Source of the DNA: Trueperaceae bacterium
GTDB lineage: Bacteria; Deinococcota; Deinococci; Deinococcales; Trueperaceae
DNA length: 64,000 nt
Reading direction: 5' to 3'
NCBI GenBank assembly: GCA_965213705.1
Contig: OZ243913.1
Location: forward strand, 2,464,001 to 2,528,000
Shown here: positions 42,721 to 51,935 of the stretch, one piece after another
Numbering within the stretch: the first letter of the stretch is position 1
Layout: every line of letters begins with the position of its first letter
Made by a program: the position numbers and the translations under genes
The notes under the pieces: model-generated
Told to the model about the DNA's origin: nothing
Databases searched by the model: none
The model's input: the letters and a program-made list of their open reading frames with translations, nothing else

Positions 42721-42900
42721 AACGCCATCATAGCGCAAGTACGCACTAAAGCGGTTACCATGCTTCGTTCAGCGGCGCGATAACGAAACAAGTTCAGGGG
42801 CGCTGAATGTGGGGTTACATTTGATATGTTTCAAGTCCCTTTTAGACTTTGAACAAGACTATTCAGCGTCCCTTTCAGCGCCTGGTCAAACTGCCCAACA

Positions 42901-43164
42901 CTACTTGTACTGCCGAATAATCTTGTCATAACCATCGTGAGCTCCGATGTAGAACCAAATATAAGCGTCTTCGCGCTTAACTGCTAGAACCCTACAGTCA
43001 TCGTTGACCCTTGCTGACCAGAGTTTGCCAACAGGCTTGAAGCGTAAGGAGGGATGCTGAGGATTTTGTCGGAGTAATCGGTACTGCTTACGTACTAGAC
43101 GCTGAAGGTCGGGAGAAAGCCCTTTATACAGCTTCCAAAACGTCCTGGTTACACGATGCTTCAA
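42901..43164 (-). CDS. RelE/HigB-like toxin
   Basis: FWKLY..L, NPQHPSLRFK, WSARV, WFYIGAHDGYD. Confidence 0.85.
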   Translation of the reverse strand: MKHRVTRTFWKLYKGLSPDLQRLVRKQYRLLRQNPQHPSLRFKPVGKLWSARVNDDCRVLAVKREDAYIWFYIGAHDGYDKIIRQYK

Positions 43165-43366
43165 GTTCTATCGTCTCTCCCGCGTCGTCTTCCGCGATAA
43201 CAGCGGCGATGAGTTTGTCGAACTTGCCAGCTTTTACATCTGCACGTAGCTGTTTTTCAAAGTCGTCATCATCTTGCTCGAGCCACCCCAGCAGCGCCTC
43301 GAGCTTTTCTCGGGGCTGCTGATGGAGCAAGTCGCTAATCGTTTCCAGTGTCTCCTGGCGTGTCAT
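43124..43366 (-). CDS. Putative antitoxin
   Basis: Small acidic ORF overlapping the toxin start; QLRADVKAGKFDKL; own TAAAAT 6 nt before ATG. Confidence 0.8.
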   Translation of the reverse strand: MTRQETLETISDLLHQQPREKLEALLGWLEQDDDDFEKQLRADVKAGKFDKLIAAVIAEDDAGETIELEASCNQDVLEAV

Positions 43367-43397
43367 AGCTGAATTTTAGCACGCGAAGACGGTAGTC

Positions 43398-43455
43398 ACA
43401 TAACGGCCAAATTCAGCCGCCGCTGAAAGCGGTTGGCTGGAATAAATTGTTAGGT
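43398..43455 (-). other. Integron attC recombination site
   Basis: Minus strand ACCTAAC-aattt-ATTCCAGC-caaccgctttcagcggcg-GCTGAAT-ttggcc-GTTATGT: R'', L'' with one extra base, L', R'; R'' overlaps a stop codon. Confidence 0.8.
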
Positions 43456-43524
43456 CGCAACACGACGCGCGGCCTCAACAGCAACAAGGAACTGCTCTTT
43501 GTCGCGTGGAGAGATCATGAGCGA

Positions 43525-43584
43525 GCGGTCGTGGCCGTCCAAGCCCGGTTTGGCGATGAGTACGCGGATTTTGCGCTGTTTTAT
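43525..43584 (-). pseudogene. Remnant of the mutase small-subunit 5' end ([20 protein letters not shown])
   Basis: 18 codons match 42661-42714 at amino-acid level with 7 synonymous codon changes; ATG replaced by ATA. Confidence 0.85.
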
Positions 43585-43886
43585 AGCGTTACTATACCGC
43601 AGGCGCACGCTCTAACGGTTGCCCAATCCCGTTCGGCGTCGCACAAGTGATTTAGCGGCTGTAACTCAGCGGCGCTAAAGGTGTGTAGGTTGGTTTGTAT
43701 GATACCAACTCCTATCCTAGAAATTTGTTCGTAAAACAGTAGCTAAGACTTTTCAGCAAAACCAAGGATGACTCTTTTTTCTATACTCCAATGTTCAAAT
43801 ACTTCCTCTTGCAAATAATGCCAAGTCCAACCCTGACCCAACAGTTCTTTTGGGTAGTGGTTTAGCAAAGACTGATAAGCTAAGGA

Positions 43887-44165
43887 ATGGTCACCAAAGT
43901 TGTACGTTGCTGCCACTGCGAGAGCGAAGAGCTTGTCAAGAACGGTCATGCACCAAACGGCAAGCAAAAGTACCTGTGTCGAGCGTGCGGCAAGTCCAGT
44001 CGCGAGAACGCGAGCACTAAAGGGTACAGCGAAGCGAAGAAAGATGAGATACTGAAGTCGTATCAGGAGCGCTCTAGTATGCGTGGGCTGACCAGAACAT
44101 TCGGCGTGTCCCGCACCACAATAGCGAAATGGCTCAAAAAAAGCCGCGACGACACCGCCGCTTAG
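43887..44165 (+). CDS. insA: IS1 InsA (zinc finger + HTH)
   Basis: CCHC..KNG..GKQKYLCRAC; HTH; A7 slippery run at 44136-44142. Confidence 0.9.
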   Translation: MVTKVVRCCHCESEELVKNGHAPNGKQKYLCRACGKSSRENASTKGYSEAKKDEILKSYQERSSMRGLTRTFGVSRTTIAKWLKKSRDDTAA

Positions 44166-44199
44166 CGCCACACTAGTTACGCCCGAGAACCCTGAAGCG

Positions 44200-44616
44200 G
44201 TGCAACTCGAACTCGACGAGATGTGGTCATTTGTTCGATGTAGACGTAACAAACGGTGGGCCTGGATAGCGCTTTGTAAGCAGACACGCCAGGTGGTCGC
44301 TTGTGTTGTAGGTGGACGTGGCATTGCTACTTGTCAAAAACTTTGGCGTAACATCCCAGATGCTTATAAACAAGGCACGGTGTTTAGTGACTTCTGGGAA
44401 GCTTATCAGGCCGTCGTTCCCGATGAACAGCATCAAGCTGTTGGTAAAGACTCAGGGCTTACAGCACACGTCGAGCGCTTTAACAATACTATCCGCCAAC
44501 GCCTAGCGCGCTTTGTCAGAAAGACCTTATCCTTCTCCAAGTCCGAACACATGCACCTCATTTGCTTGCATCTGTTCTTGGTCCGCTACAATCTTGAGCG
44601 TGCTGCTGTCAGTTGA
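44200..44616 (+). CDS. insB: IS1 InsB (DDE), expected to be expressed by -1 frameshift
   Basis: LDEMWSFV, SDFW.AY, VERFNNTIRQRLAR..RKTLSFSK. Confidence 0.92.
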   Translation: MQLELDEMWSFVRCRRNKRWAWIALCKQTRQVVACVVGGRGIATCQKLWRNIPDAYKQGTVFSDFWEAYQAVVPDEQHQAVGKDSGLTAHVERFNNTIRQRLARFVRKTLSFSKSEHMHLICLHLFLVRYNLERAAVS

Positions 44617-45307
44617 TGGTGGGCCACTACCTTCTTTTGCAAGTTTAGTAGTGTAGAACAAAAAAGTGCGGTTCATATCATTTGGCAAATTCCAAAAGTT
44701 AGGTTCAATCTCTACTGCATCTGTATAGTCATATTGCAAGCCTAATTCTCGGTGTGTATCACTATTGACTAAAAACAATAACTGACCCTCGGGTTTTAAC
44801 ACCCGCCTGATTTCACAAAACATTTTGCTTGCATGTTCAGTATTTAGGTAATGCAGTGCAAAGCGAGAAAGCACCAAAGCAAAAGTTTCATCATCAAATG
44901 GAAGAGGTTCACCAAAGTCATGCTGTTTAGTTTCAAACCCATATGTCTCGTTAACAAAATCGACAGCCTTTTGCTCTAAATCAAGACCATAAGGTGTAAA
45001 GCCGAGTTCTGAGCAACGCAGCATATCAGCTCCCATGCCACAACCTAAGTCCAGCATGTTGCCCTGTTCTTTTTGGAAGGTTGGAATGAAGCGATTCATC
45101 CACATTGTACCTTCAAGCTGTTTTGCAATGTCTACACCGTTGTTTTCCAAACTTTGATAAATGTTTTGCCACTTTCCCATAAATAATATCCTTTCCGGTC
45201 AACTCCTGAAAGAACTGACCCAAGCGAGCAGTCCTGAACCGCAAGCGCGACCATAATTCCCCTTTCATAAACGATGTCCGGCGCGGGGTGCAGAGCCCGC
45301 TGGACAT

Positions 45308-46954
45308 TCAAATCAGCACCGGCTCCTCGTAGACTCCGTAAACCTCGCGCAGCACGTCCATCTGTTCGCCGAGCGTCGCGTAGGCGTGGGCGCAGGCCAT
45401 GAATGCGGGCATGGTGTTGGCGTCGTTTCTGGCGGCGGTTTTCAGGGCTTCCAAAGCGCTCGCCACCGCCGCGTCGTCCCGCTCGGCGCGCACCTTCGCC
45501 AACCTCTCGGCCTGCACCCGCTCGACCGCCGGGTCGATGGGTTCGATGGGCACTTCGGCCGATTCGCCCGCAAAGGCGTTCACCCCAACGACGAGGCGTT
45601 CTTTCGAGTCGATTTCGCGCTGCTGCTGGTACGAGGCGTCGCCGATTTCCTGGGCAAAAAAGCCCGCGTCGATGGCCTTTTCCACGCCGCCGAGCGCGTC
45701 GATTTGGTCGAAGTAGGCGAGGCACTGCCGCTCCATCTCATCGGTGAGGGATTCTAAGAAATACGAGCCCGCCAGCGGGTCGACCGTGTTGGCGACGCCC
45801 GTCTCGTAAGCGACGACCTGCTGCGTGCGCAGCGCAATCGTCGCCGCTTCTTCGCTGGGCAGCGCTAAAGCTTCGTCGTAAGCGTCGGTGTGGAGGCTGT
45901 TCGTCCCGGCCAGTACCCCAGCGAGGGCTTGGATGGCGACTCGAGCGATGTTGACCAAGGGCTGCTGCGCCGTGAGGGCTACCCCGGCCGTTTGCGCGTG
46001 GGTTCGCAGCATCCACGACTTCGGGTTTTTTGCGCCGTAAACATAGCGCATCTGGTGCGCCCAAATGCGCCGCGCCGCCCGGAACTTGGCGATTTCCTCG
46101 AAAAAGTCGTTGTGAACGTTGAAGAAAAAGCTGATGCGCGGCGCGAACTCGTCGATGTCGAGGCCACGCTCCAAAGCCTTGCGCACATAGTGAATTCCGT
46201 CAGCCAGCGTAAAGGCGAGTTCCTGCACCGCCGTCGAGCCCGCCTCGCGGATGTGGTAGCCCGACACGCTGATGAAGTTCCACCTCGGCACGTGCTTCGG
46301 CCCCCACTCGAAGGTGTCGATGACGAGCTTCACGCTCGGCGCGGGTGGGTAGATGTACTCTTTTTGGGCGATGAACTCTTTCAGAATATCGTTCTGAATC
46401 GTCCCGCCGACTTTTTTGAGGTCCGCGCCCTTTTTCTCGGCCATCGCCAAGTACATCGCCCAAACGGCGTTCGCGGGGCTGTTAATTGTCATCGAGGTGG
46501 TGACTTTTTCGGGGTCGATGCCGTCGAACAGGGTTTCCATGTCCGCCAAGGACGTGACCGCCACCCCGCACTTGCCGACCTCGCCTTTGGAAAACGGGTG
46601 GTCGGAGTCGTAGCCCATGAGGGTGGGCAAGTCAAAGGCGGTCGAAAGGCCGTCCTGACCGGCTTCCAGCAACTTCTTAAAGCGAGTGTTCGTCTGCTCG
46701 GCGCTGCCCATCCCGGCGAACTGCCGCATCGTCCAGAGTTTGCCGCGGTACATGCTCGCCTGCACGCCGCGCGTGTACGGGTACTCACCGGGATAACCAA
46801 GCTTTTCTTTTGCGTCGAAGTCTTTGACATCATTCTGCGTGTAAACCGGGGCGACTTCGATGTCGGAAAGCGTGCGAAACGGGTAGTCGCGCTCGCCGAA
46901 GCGTTCGGTCGCTTTTGGGTAGTCCTGCTCGAGCCAAGCCTGTTTGTCTTTCAT
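45308..46954 (-). CDS. Methylmalonyl-CoA mutase-type large (catalytic) subunit
   Basis: [54 protein letters not shown] 6 nt before ATG. Confidence 0.96.
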   Translation of the reverse strand: MKDKQAWLEQDYPKATERFGERDYPFRTLSDIEVAPVYTQNDVKDFDAKEKLGYPGEYPYTRGVQASMYRGKLWTMRQFAGMGSAEQTNTRFKKLLEAGQDGLSTAFDLPTLMGYDSDHPFSKGEVGKCGVAVTSLADMETLFDGIDPEKVTTSMTINSPANAVWAMYLAMAEKKGADLKKVGGTIQNDILKEFIAQKEYIYPPAPSVKLVIDTFEWGPKHVPRWNFISVSGYHIREAGSTAVQELAFTLADGIHYVRKALERGLDIDEFAPRISFFFNVHNDFFEEIAKFRAARRIWAHQMRYVYGAKNPKSWMLRTHAQTAGVALTAQQPLVNIARVAIQALAGVLAGTNSLHTDAYDEALALPSEEAATIALRTQQVVAYETGVANTVDPLAGSYFLESLTDEMERQCLAYFDQIDALGGVEKAIDAGFFAQEIGDASYQQQREIDSKERLVVGVNAFAGESAEVPIEPIDPAVERVQAERLAKVRAERDDAAVASALEALKTAARNDANTMPAFMACAHAYATLGEQMDVLREVYGVYEEPVLI

Positions 46955-47075
46955 AACGCTATTATAGAGGTTCGGGGTAAGAGTTTGGGGCTTTGTACCC
47001 CGTTGAGGCTTGATTCGGAGCGTAACTTAACTTACCTCGACATGCTATAACTAAACCACTCAGGAGTTCTGTTCA

Positions 47076-47273
47076 GTGGGCGAAAACAAGCGGTTGCGCA
47101 AACAAATCGACAGCCTCACGAAGCAAGTTGACAAGCATCACCTAAAAATTGCCGACGAACTTCGTAAAGCTCAACCCAACCGAGCTTACATCGGAGGATG
47201 GAAAAAGGAAATTCAAGAATGGCAAACGCAGATAGACAAAAAGCAGGAGCGGCTGGCGCGCAAGCGGCGCTGA
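47076..47273 (+). CDS. Small basic hypothetical protein
   Basis: TATAAC, AGGAG, GTG start; 65 aa, K/R-rich, helical. Confidence 0.7.
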   Translation: MGENKRLRKQIDSLTKQVDKHHLKIADELRKAQPNRAYIGGWKKEIQEWQTQIDKKQERLARKRR

Positions 47274-47515
47274 GCTATCCGGTGCTGACGCTGCCCGGCG
47301 CAGTAGGCAATCTGTTTTGGCGAGAGTTGGCCGAAGAAGCTAATGTCTACGCTGAACTGTTGCAGCGGCTCGAGCACACCCCGCCGGACGCCCCGGAACG
47401 AGAAGCCCTGGAAGACGAAATCGTCGCCTCTTTAGCCCACTTGGCAACTCACAGCGCCGTGCTCTACAAATCTGTCGATAAAGCTATCGAGGCCGAAGAC
47501 GACGCGAGTTCATAA
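47270..47515 (+). CDS. Small acidic hypothetical protein (start uncertain)
   Basis: Frame overlaps the previous stop (CTGA); E/D-rich helical sequence. Confidence 0.55.
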   Translation: MSYPVLTLPGAVGNLFWRELAEEANVYAELLQRLEHTPPDAPEREALEDEIVASLAHLATHSAVLYKSVDKAIEAEDDASS

Positions 47516-47929
47516 GCGCTCGAGCCCTTTGGGCAAAACCCCCTCCGAACCCTCGGGCGTCCACAAGCCGCTACTTATGAGTTCAGCAGACTCCAACCGC
47601 ACACGGTTCAAAAACAGGTAAACCCATACCGCCACATCTCCCGGCTGGCTAATCGCCTGGACCCGCTCGTACTCGGGTGGGAGAAGGTGGAGGCCCTCGA
47701 GCCGGTCGAGCGTTTTCAGCGCCGCCCCGATGTCGTCGTAAGTGTAGCGCCAGCCGTGTACGCAGCCCGCGCCCCTGACCAGCGCCGGATAGTTTTCGGG
47801 GCTCAGGTGGTAGAGGGCAAAACTCTCGAGACATGCCTCTTCTTCGGCAAAAGCGCCCGCCTGCTCGGCCAGGTAGCGGTAACGCAAGCCAGGTTTCAGG
47901 GTGCCGTAGACGAAGACGGAAGTGGTCAT
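47510..47929 (-). CDS. Gamma-glutamylcyclotransferase family protein
   Basis: VFVYGTLK, YPAL, LDRLEG, YER, WVY. Confidence 0.9.
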   Translation of the reverse strand: MTTSVFVYGTLKPGLRYRYLAEQAGAFAEEEACLESFALYHLSPENYPALVRGAGCVHGWRYTYDDIGAALKTLDRLEGLHLLPPEYERVQAISQPGDVAVWVYLFLNRVRLESAELISSGLWTPEGSEGVLPKGLERL

Positions 47930-47938
47930 GGCAAGAAG

Positions 47939-48121
47939 TCAACTCTCATCAGTAAGCATTTTGATGATGTGTTTGGCAAGACGCTCGTTGACTTCGCGGT
48001 GTCTTGGTACAGGCTGAGACACCTTAGTCCGAGGATTTTGATACCAGTCGTGATTACCGCCGTGACGGACGAACTCACAGCCCATATCTTGCAAACGTTT
48101 GATGAGGTCGCGCTGCTTCAC
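47939..48121 (-). CDS. hicA: HicA toxin
   Basis: GCEFVRHGGNHDWY, VPRHRE. Confidence 0.92.
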   Translation of the reverse strand: MKQRDLIKRLQDMGCEFVRHGGNHDWYQNPRTKVSQPVPRHREVNERLAKHIIKMLTDES

Positions 48122-48306
48122 GCAACGTCGAGTTCGGCTATGCGCCGCACGTAAGGGACAGCACCACTACTCAAATCTTTGAAAATGTCGATAAGGTTGG
48201 TGCGCAATTCCTGCTCACTTTCTCCCTGCGTCCAATAATCCGGGTACTCTTCCAAGTAACCCAACCACATACCGCCGTCTTGCCAGTAGACGTATTTTTG
48301 CTTCAT
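48118..48306 (-). CDS. hicB: Short HicB antitoxin
   Basis: WLGYLEEYPDYWTQGES..EL..NL; overlaps hicA start; TAGAAT 6 nt before ATG. Confidence 0.88.
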   Translation of the reverse strand: MKQKYVYWQDGGMWLGYLEEYPDYWTQGESEQELRTNLIDIFKDLSSGAVPYVRRIAELDVA

Positions 48307-48348
48307 AAACACATTCTAGCCGAACCAGCGCACCCTCGAGTTCGGTTT

Positions 48349-49083
48349 TTACGTTCCCAAAGTCACCAAGCAGAGCGGAAACTCCCTCATGCCGTCAATC
48401 TGCAACAGCCGCGCCAACTCGTCGTCGTAAAACTCGGCGCGGAAGGACGCGACCAAGTCGAGGGCGACCGCCGCCATGACCGCGCACTGCGCCGAGCCGC
48501 CCGCCTCTAAGTAGAGATAGCGGTAAGCGCGGCTTTTGACGCCGTCTTCCAGTCGGTTCGGCGCGCCCGTGTAGGCGATGATGGCGGCGCAGGCGTCGAT
48601 GTCGGTGCCGAGGAGGGCGTCCTGGAGGTTCACGCTCGGGTCGCCGCGCTCTAAAAACTCCAGGCTGTGGTCGCGCGGGTTGTAGTGGTACAACCCCGGA
48701 AACATGTCCTGCACTTGCCGCACGACGAGGTAAGTTTCCAAACCCGAAACCGGCCCGGTGTTGACGTAGGTACGCTGGCCGCCGTAGGTAAAGCCGCCCG
48801 TGCTCCAGAGAATTTGGGATAATTCTTTCTGCCGAATCTGGCCGCCCTCGGGAATTTGCGGGCGTTTTTGCGACAGCGCGGCCCACACGCCCTTGCCGCC
48901 TTGCAGGTCGGGGACGGGCAGGGCGGCGACCTCGAGCGGGTTGGCATAGACCTTTAAGACCGGCGCGAGCCGACCTGTGGTGCTCGGCAGTTGGCCGCGG
49001 CGGTACTTGGTCTGGGTTTGGAACTGCCCGCCGATGCTTTTGTCTTCCTTGGGCACGGGTCCTCCGGGACTAAAGTCTATCAT
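48349..49083 (-). CDS. SagB/ThcOx-like nitroreductase family protein
   Basis: LSQILW, LETY, GLYHY, YRYLYLEAG, FYDD. Confidence 0.82.
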   Translation of the reverse strand: MIDFSPGGPVPKEDKSIGGQFQTQTKYRRGQLPSTTGRLAPVLKVYANPLEVAALPVPDLQGGKGVWAALSQKRPQIPEGGQIRQKELSQILWSTGGFTYGGQRTYVNTGPVSGLETYLVVRQVQDMFPGLYHYNPRDHSLEFLERGDPSVNLQDALLGTDIDACAAIIAYTGAPNRLEDGVKSRAYRYLYLEAGGSAQCAVMAAVALDLVASFRAEFYDDELARLLQIDGMREFPLCLVTLGT

Positions 49084-49180
49084 CCCCCAGTGGGTGCGAG
49101 GGAAGAGGAAGGAGTCGAAAACGTGCAAGATGTCGTGACCAGAGCCTTTTATAAAAACTCGAGCTGCTAGCCTACCTCCC

Positions 49181-50143
49181 GTGACGCCCCGTTTGCTCGA
49201 GTGGTTCGCCCGCGTCAAACGCGACCTTCCCTGGCGGCGTGAGCGCAGCCCCTACCGCGTTTGGGTTTCCGAAATTATGCTGCAACAAACGCAAGTTGCG
49301 ACGGTCGTCCCGTACTTCGAGCGGTGGCTGGCGCGCTTTCCCGACGTGCGAAGCCTCGCCGCCGCGCCGGTAGACGACGTGCTCAAACTGTGGGAGGGCC
49401 TGGGCTACTACCGCCGCGCCCGCAACCTGCACAGGGCCGCGCAAATTGTCGCTTTCGAACGTGAGGGCGTTTTTCCGACAACGTACGAGGCCTGGCTCGG
49501 TCTGCCCGGCGTCGGGCCGTACACGGCGGCGGCGGTCGCCTCCATTGTCGACGGTGAGGGCATCGTCGCGGTCGACGGCAACGTGAAGCGCGTGGCGGCG
49601 CGGGTGTTCGGACTCGTCGGCGTGGTCAATGAGAAAGAGGTACGGCGGCTGTTCACGCCGTACCTCCCGGAAAACCCCGGCGACTTCAACGAAGCGCTGA
49701 TGGAACTCGGCGCGACCGTCTGCACTCCCCGAAACCCGGCCTGCGAAGCGTGTCCCCTGACGAACACCTGCACCGCCTTTCAGGAAAACCGCGTCGCCGA
49801 ACTGCCGACGCCCAAACCAAAACGCGCCCAACCCCACCGCGAACGCTACGCCGTGGTCGACGTTAAAAACGGGTCAGTGTGGCTACGCCAACGCACGCCC
49901 GAAGAAATGCTGCCCGGTTTGTGGGGTTTCGTGTTGACGGAGGAAGAACCCAGCGGTGAGACCTTGCCCGCCGCCGAGCACGTTTACACCCACTTCAGCA
50001 CTCGAGTCACCCCCGTTTTGACGCCACACGGCAAGCACGAGGGGGGTTACGTGAAAAGCGGTGAACTCGAGACGCTCGCCCTGTCGACGCTCGACCACAA
50101 AATTTTGAACATTTTGCGCGCGGCGCAACTTCTGCCGGAGTAG
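49181..50143 (+). CDS. mutY: A/G-specific adenine glycosylase
   Basis: LPWR, WVSEIMLQQT, WEGLGYY, LPGVGPYTA, VDGNV, 4Fe-4S cysteines. Confidence 0.96.
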   Translation: MTPRLLEWFARVKRDLPWRRERSPYRVWVSEIMLQQTQVATVVPYFERWLARFPDVRSLAAAPVDDVLKLWEGLGYYRRARNLHRAAQIVAFEREGVFPTTYEAWLGLPGVGPYTAAAVASIVDGEGIVAVDGNVKRVAARVFGLVGVVNEKEVRRLFTPYLPENPGDFNEALMELGATVCTPRNPACEACPLTNTCTAFQENRVAELPTPKPKRAQPHRERYAVVDVKNGSVWLRQRTPEEMLPGLWGFVLTEEEPSGETLPAAEHVYTHFSTRVTPVLTPHGKHEGGYVKSGELETLALSTLDHKILNILRAAQLLPE

Positions 50144-50285
50144 TCGGTTGCCCGAGTAGTTAGTTACAGAAGTAACTGACTGCCCGAGTAGCTGGGCGCG
50201 GCACCGTACGACCCCACGCAGCCTTATATTTGCACACAACCCTTACAGAACCCGTTGAATTTCGCGGTTTCGGCCCCGGTTTGGC

Positions 50286-51032
50286 TTACTCCGCGGGTTC
50301 TATGTCGGATATTGTGGGTGAGGGTGCGGCCGGAGCCTCCTCGCCTCCGTGGTCGACCGCCCACTTCGCTTGCCGCCACAACCCGTGCAGCGCCGCGACC
50401 TCGCGCCCTGTCAGGCGGGCGCGGTCGAAGATGCGCCGGTACATGTGGTCGGTTTTGTGAGCGGTTTCGTCGTTCGTGTAGCCGATATAGCGCGCCACCT
50501 CCAAAAAGTGTCGGTGGAGGCGCTCGAGCGCCTCGCGCGGGGCGACCTCGGGCAGGTGTCGCTCCGCCTCCTCGGCGTGGCTCACAAAAAACTCGTACGC
50601 GACCAAGTTGACGGCTTGCGCCAAGTTCAAGGAGGCAAAGTCTCCGGTCGGGATGCGAATGTAGGCGTGGCACAGGTCCAAGTCTTCGTTGCTGAGGCCG
50701 GCGCGCTCGGGGCCGAACATCAGCGCGGCACCCTCCCGCGCAAACGTTTTTGCGGCGGCCCTGGGCGTGTAAACGTCGAAGCCTTCGGAGGTCCGCGCCC
50801 TCGCCGTGGTGCCCAGAACGAGGCGGCGGTCGGCGACGGCCTCCAGCGTGCTCGAGACGGTGACCGCGTCGTCCAGCACGTCGGCGGCGTGCGTGGCGAG
50901 GGCGTAAGCGTCTCTGGTCAGCTCGCACTGCGGGTCGACCAGGTAAAGTTCGCTCAAACCGAAGTTTTTCATGACCCGGGCGGCGCTGCCGACGTTGCCG
51001 GGCTCCTGGGGTTGGACGAGGATGACGCGCAC
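50286..51032 (-). CDS. trmJ: SPOUT tRNA methyltransferase, TrmJ family
   Basis: GNVGSAARVMKNFG, GTTAR, FGPERAGL, SLNLAQAV; TATACT 7 nt before GTG. Confidence 0.9.
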   Translation of the reverse strand: MRVILVQPQEPGNVGSAARVMKNFGLSELYLVDPQCELTRDAYALATHAADVLDDAVTVSSTLEAVADRRLVLGTTARARTSEGFDVYTPRAAAKTFAREGAALMFGPERAGLSNEDLDLCHAYIRIPTGDFASLNLAQAVNLVAYEFFVSHAEEAERHLPEVAPREALERLHRHFLEVARYIGYTNDETAHKTDHMYRRIFDRARLTGREVAALHGLWRQAKWAVDHGGEEAPAAPSPTISDIEPAE

Positions 51033-51238
51033 GCTGAACAGTATAAGCGGCGTTGTGCGCCGAACAGGGCGCGTCGGGCTTGTACGTGAACCAGAGGTGT
51101 TTAGATGCTTCAAAATTGTCATGACGTTCCGGCGCTCGAGCAAAGCCTCCGTATGCGCGCTCAACCGGGCGAACGCCGAGGTGGCAAATTTCGGGTAAGC
51201 CGACTTTTCGGGGAGGGCCGACGTGGTAGCTTTTAGCC

Positions 51239-51823
51239 ATGATAGGCAAATTTTTTAAGAAAGACCCCGACAACCCCAGGGTTCCACCGGGCCAGAGCGT
51301 CACCGAGGGTTTTCCCGTCCTCACCTACGGCCCGACGCCGCGTGTCGAGCCCCAAGACGTCGAGGTGCGAGCGTTCGGGCTCGTCGAGGAAAAGACGTTT
51401 TCGTGGCAAGACCTGCTGGCGTTGCCGCAGACGACGCTGACCAGGGACTTTCACTGCGTCACCCACTGGTCCAAGCTGGACGTTACCTGGACCGGCGTGC
51501 TCACGACCGACCTCATGGCGCAGCTGAAGGGTTTTGAGAACGCGACCCACGTCATGTTTCACTGTTACGGCGGCTACACGACGAACCTCGCCCTGGAAGA
51601 CTTCTTGGCCGAAGGCTGCATGGTTGTTCACACTTTGGAGGGCGAGCCCATCCCGGTTGAGCACGGCGGCCCGTTGCGCACGCTCATCCCGCACCTGTAC
51701 GCCTGGAAGAGCGCGAAGTGGCTGTCCGGAATTGAATTTATGCACGGCGACAAACCCGGCTTTTGGGAGCGCAACGGTTACCACATGCGCGGCGAGCCGT
51801 TCGCCGAGGAGCGTTACAGCTGA
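51239..51823 (+). CDS. Sulfite oxidase-like molybdopterin oxidoreductase (YuiH-like)
   Basis: PPGQ, DFHCVTHWS, YTTNL, EHGGPLR, WKSAKW, GFWE. Confidence 0.92.
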   Translation: MIGKFFKKDPDNPRVPPGQSVTEGFPVLTYGPTPRVEPQDVEVRAFGLVEEKTFSWQDLLALPQTTLTRDFHCVTHWSKLDVTWTGVLTTDLMAQLKGFENATHVMFHCYGGYTTNLALEDFLAEGCMVVHTLEGEPIPVEHGGPLRTLIPHLYAWKSAKWLSGIEFMHGDKPGFWERNGYHMRGEPFAEERYS

Positions 51824-51935
51824 GCAAATCATCGTAAGGGTGGCGCAGCGCGAACTGAAACTGACCGTGAAGCAAGTAGGTTAGAACGTGACAGGCGACA
51901 AGCTTGAATTTTTTACTCAAACCAAGGGGGACACC

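Larger units (their letters stand above)
43853..44631 (+). mobile_element. IS1-family insertion sequence (779 bp)
   Basis: Terminal GGTAGTGG...CCACTACC inverted repeats; 8-bp target duplication TTCTTTTG at 43845-43852 and 44632-44639. Confidence 0.95.
43743..45180 (-). pseudogene. Class I SAM-dependent methyltransferase interrupted by IS1
   Basis: LDLGCGMG, GLD, LPFDDETF, ALHY, RVLKPEG; removing the IS and one duplication copy rejoins ...KLAKE/LLGQGW...EKS*; AT-rich. Confidence 0.88.
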
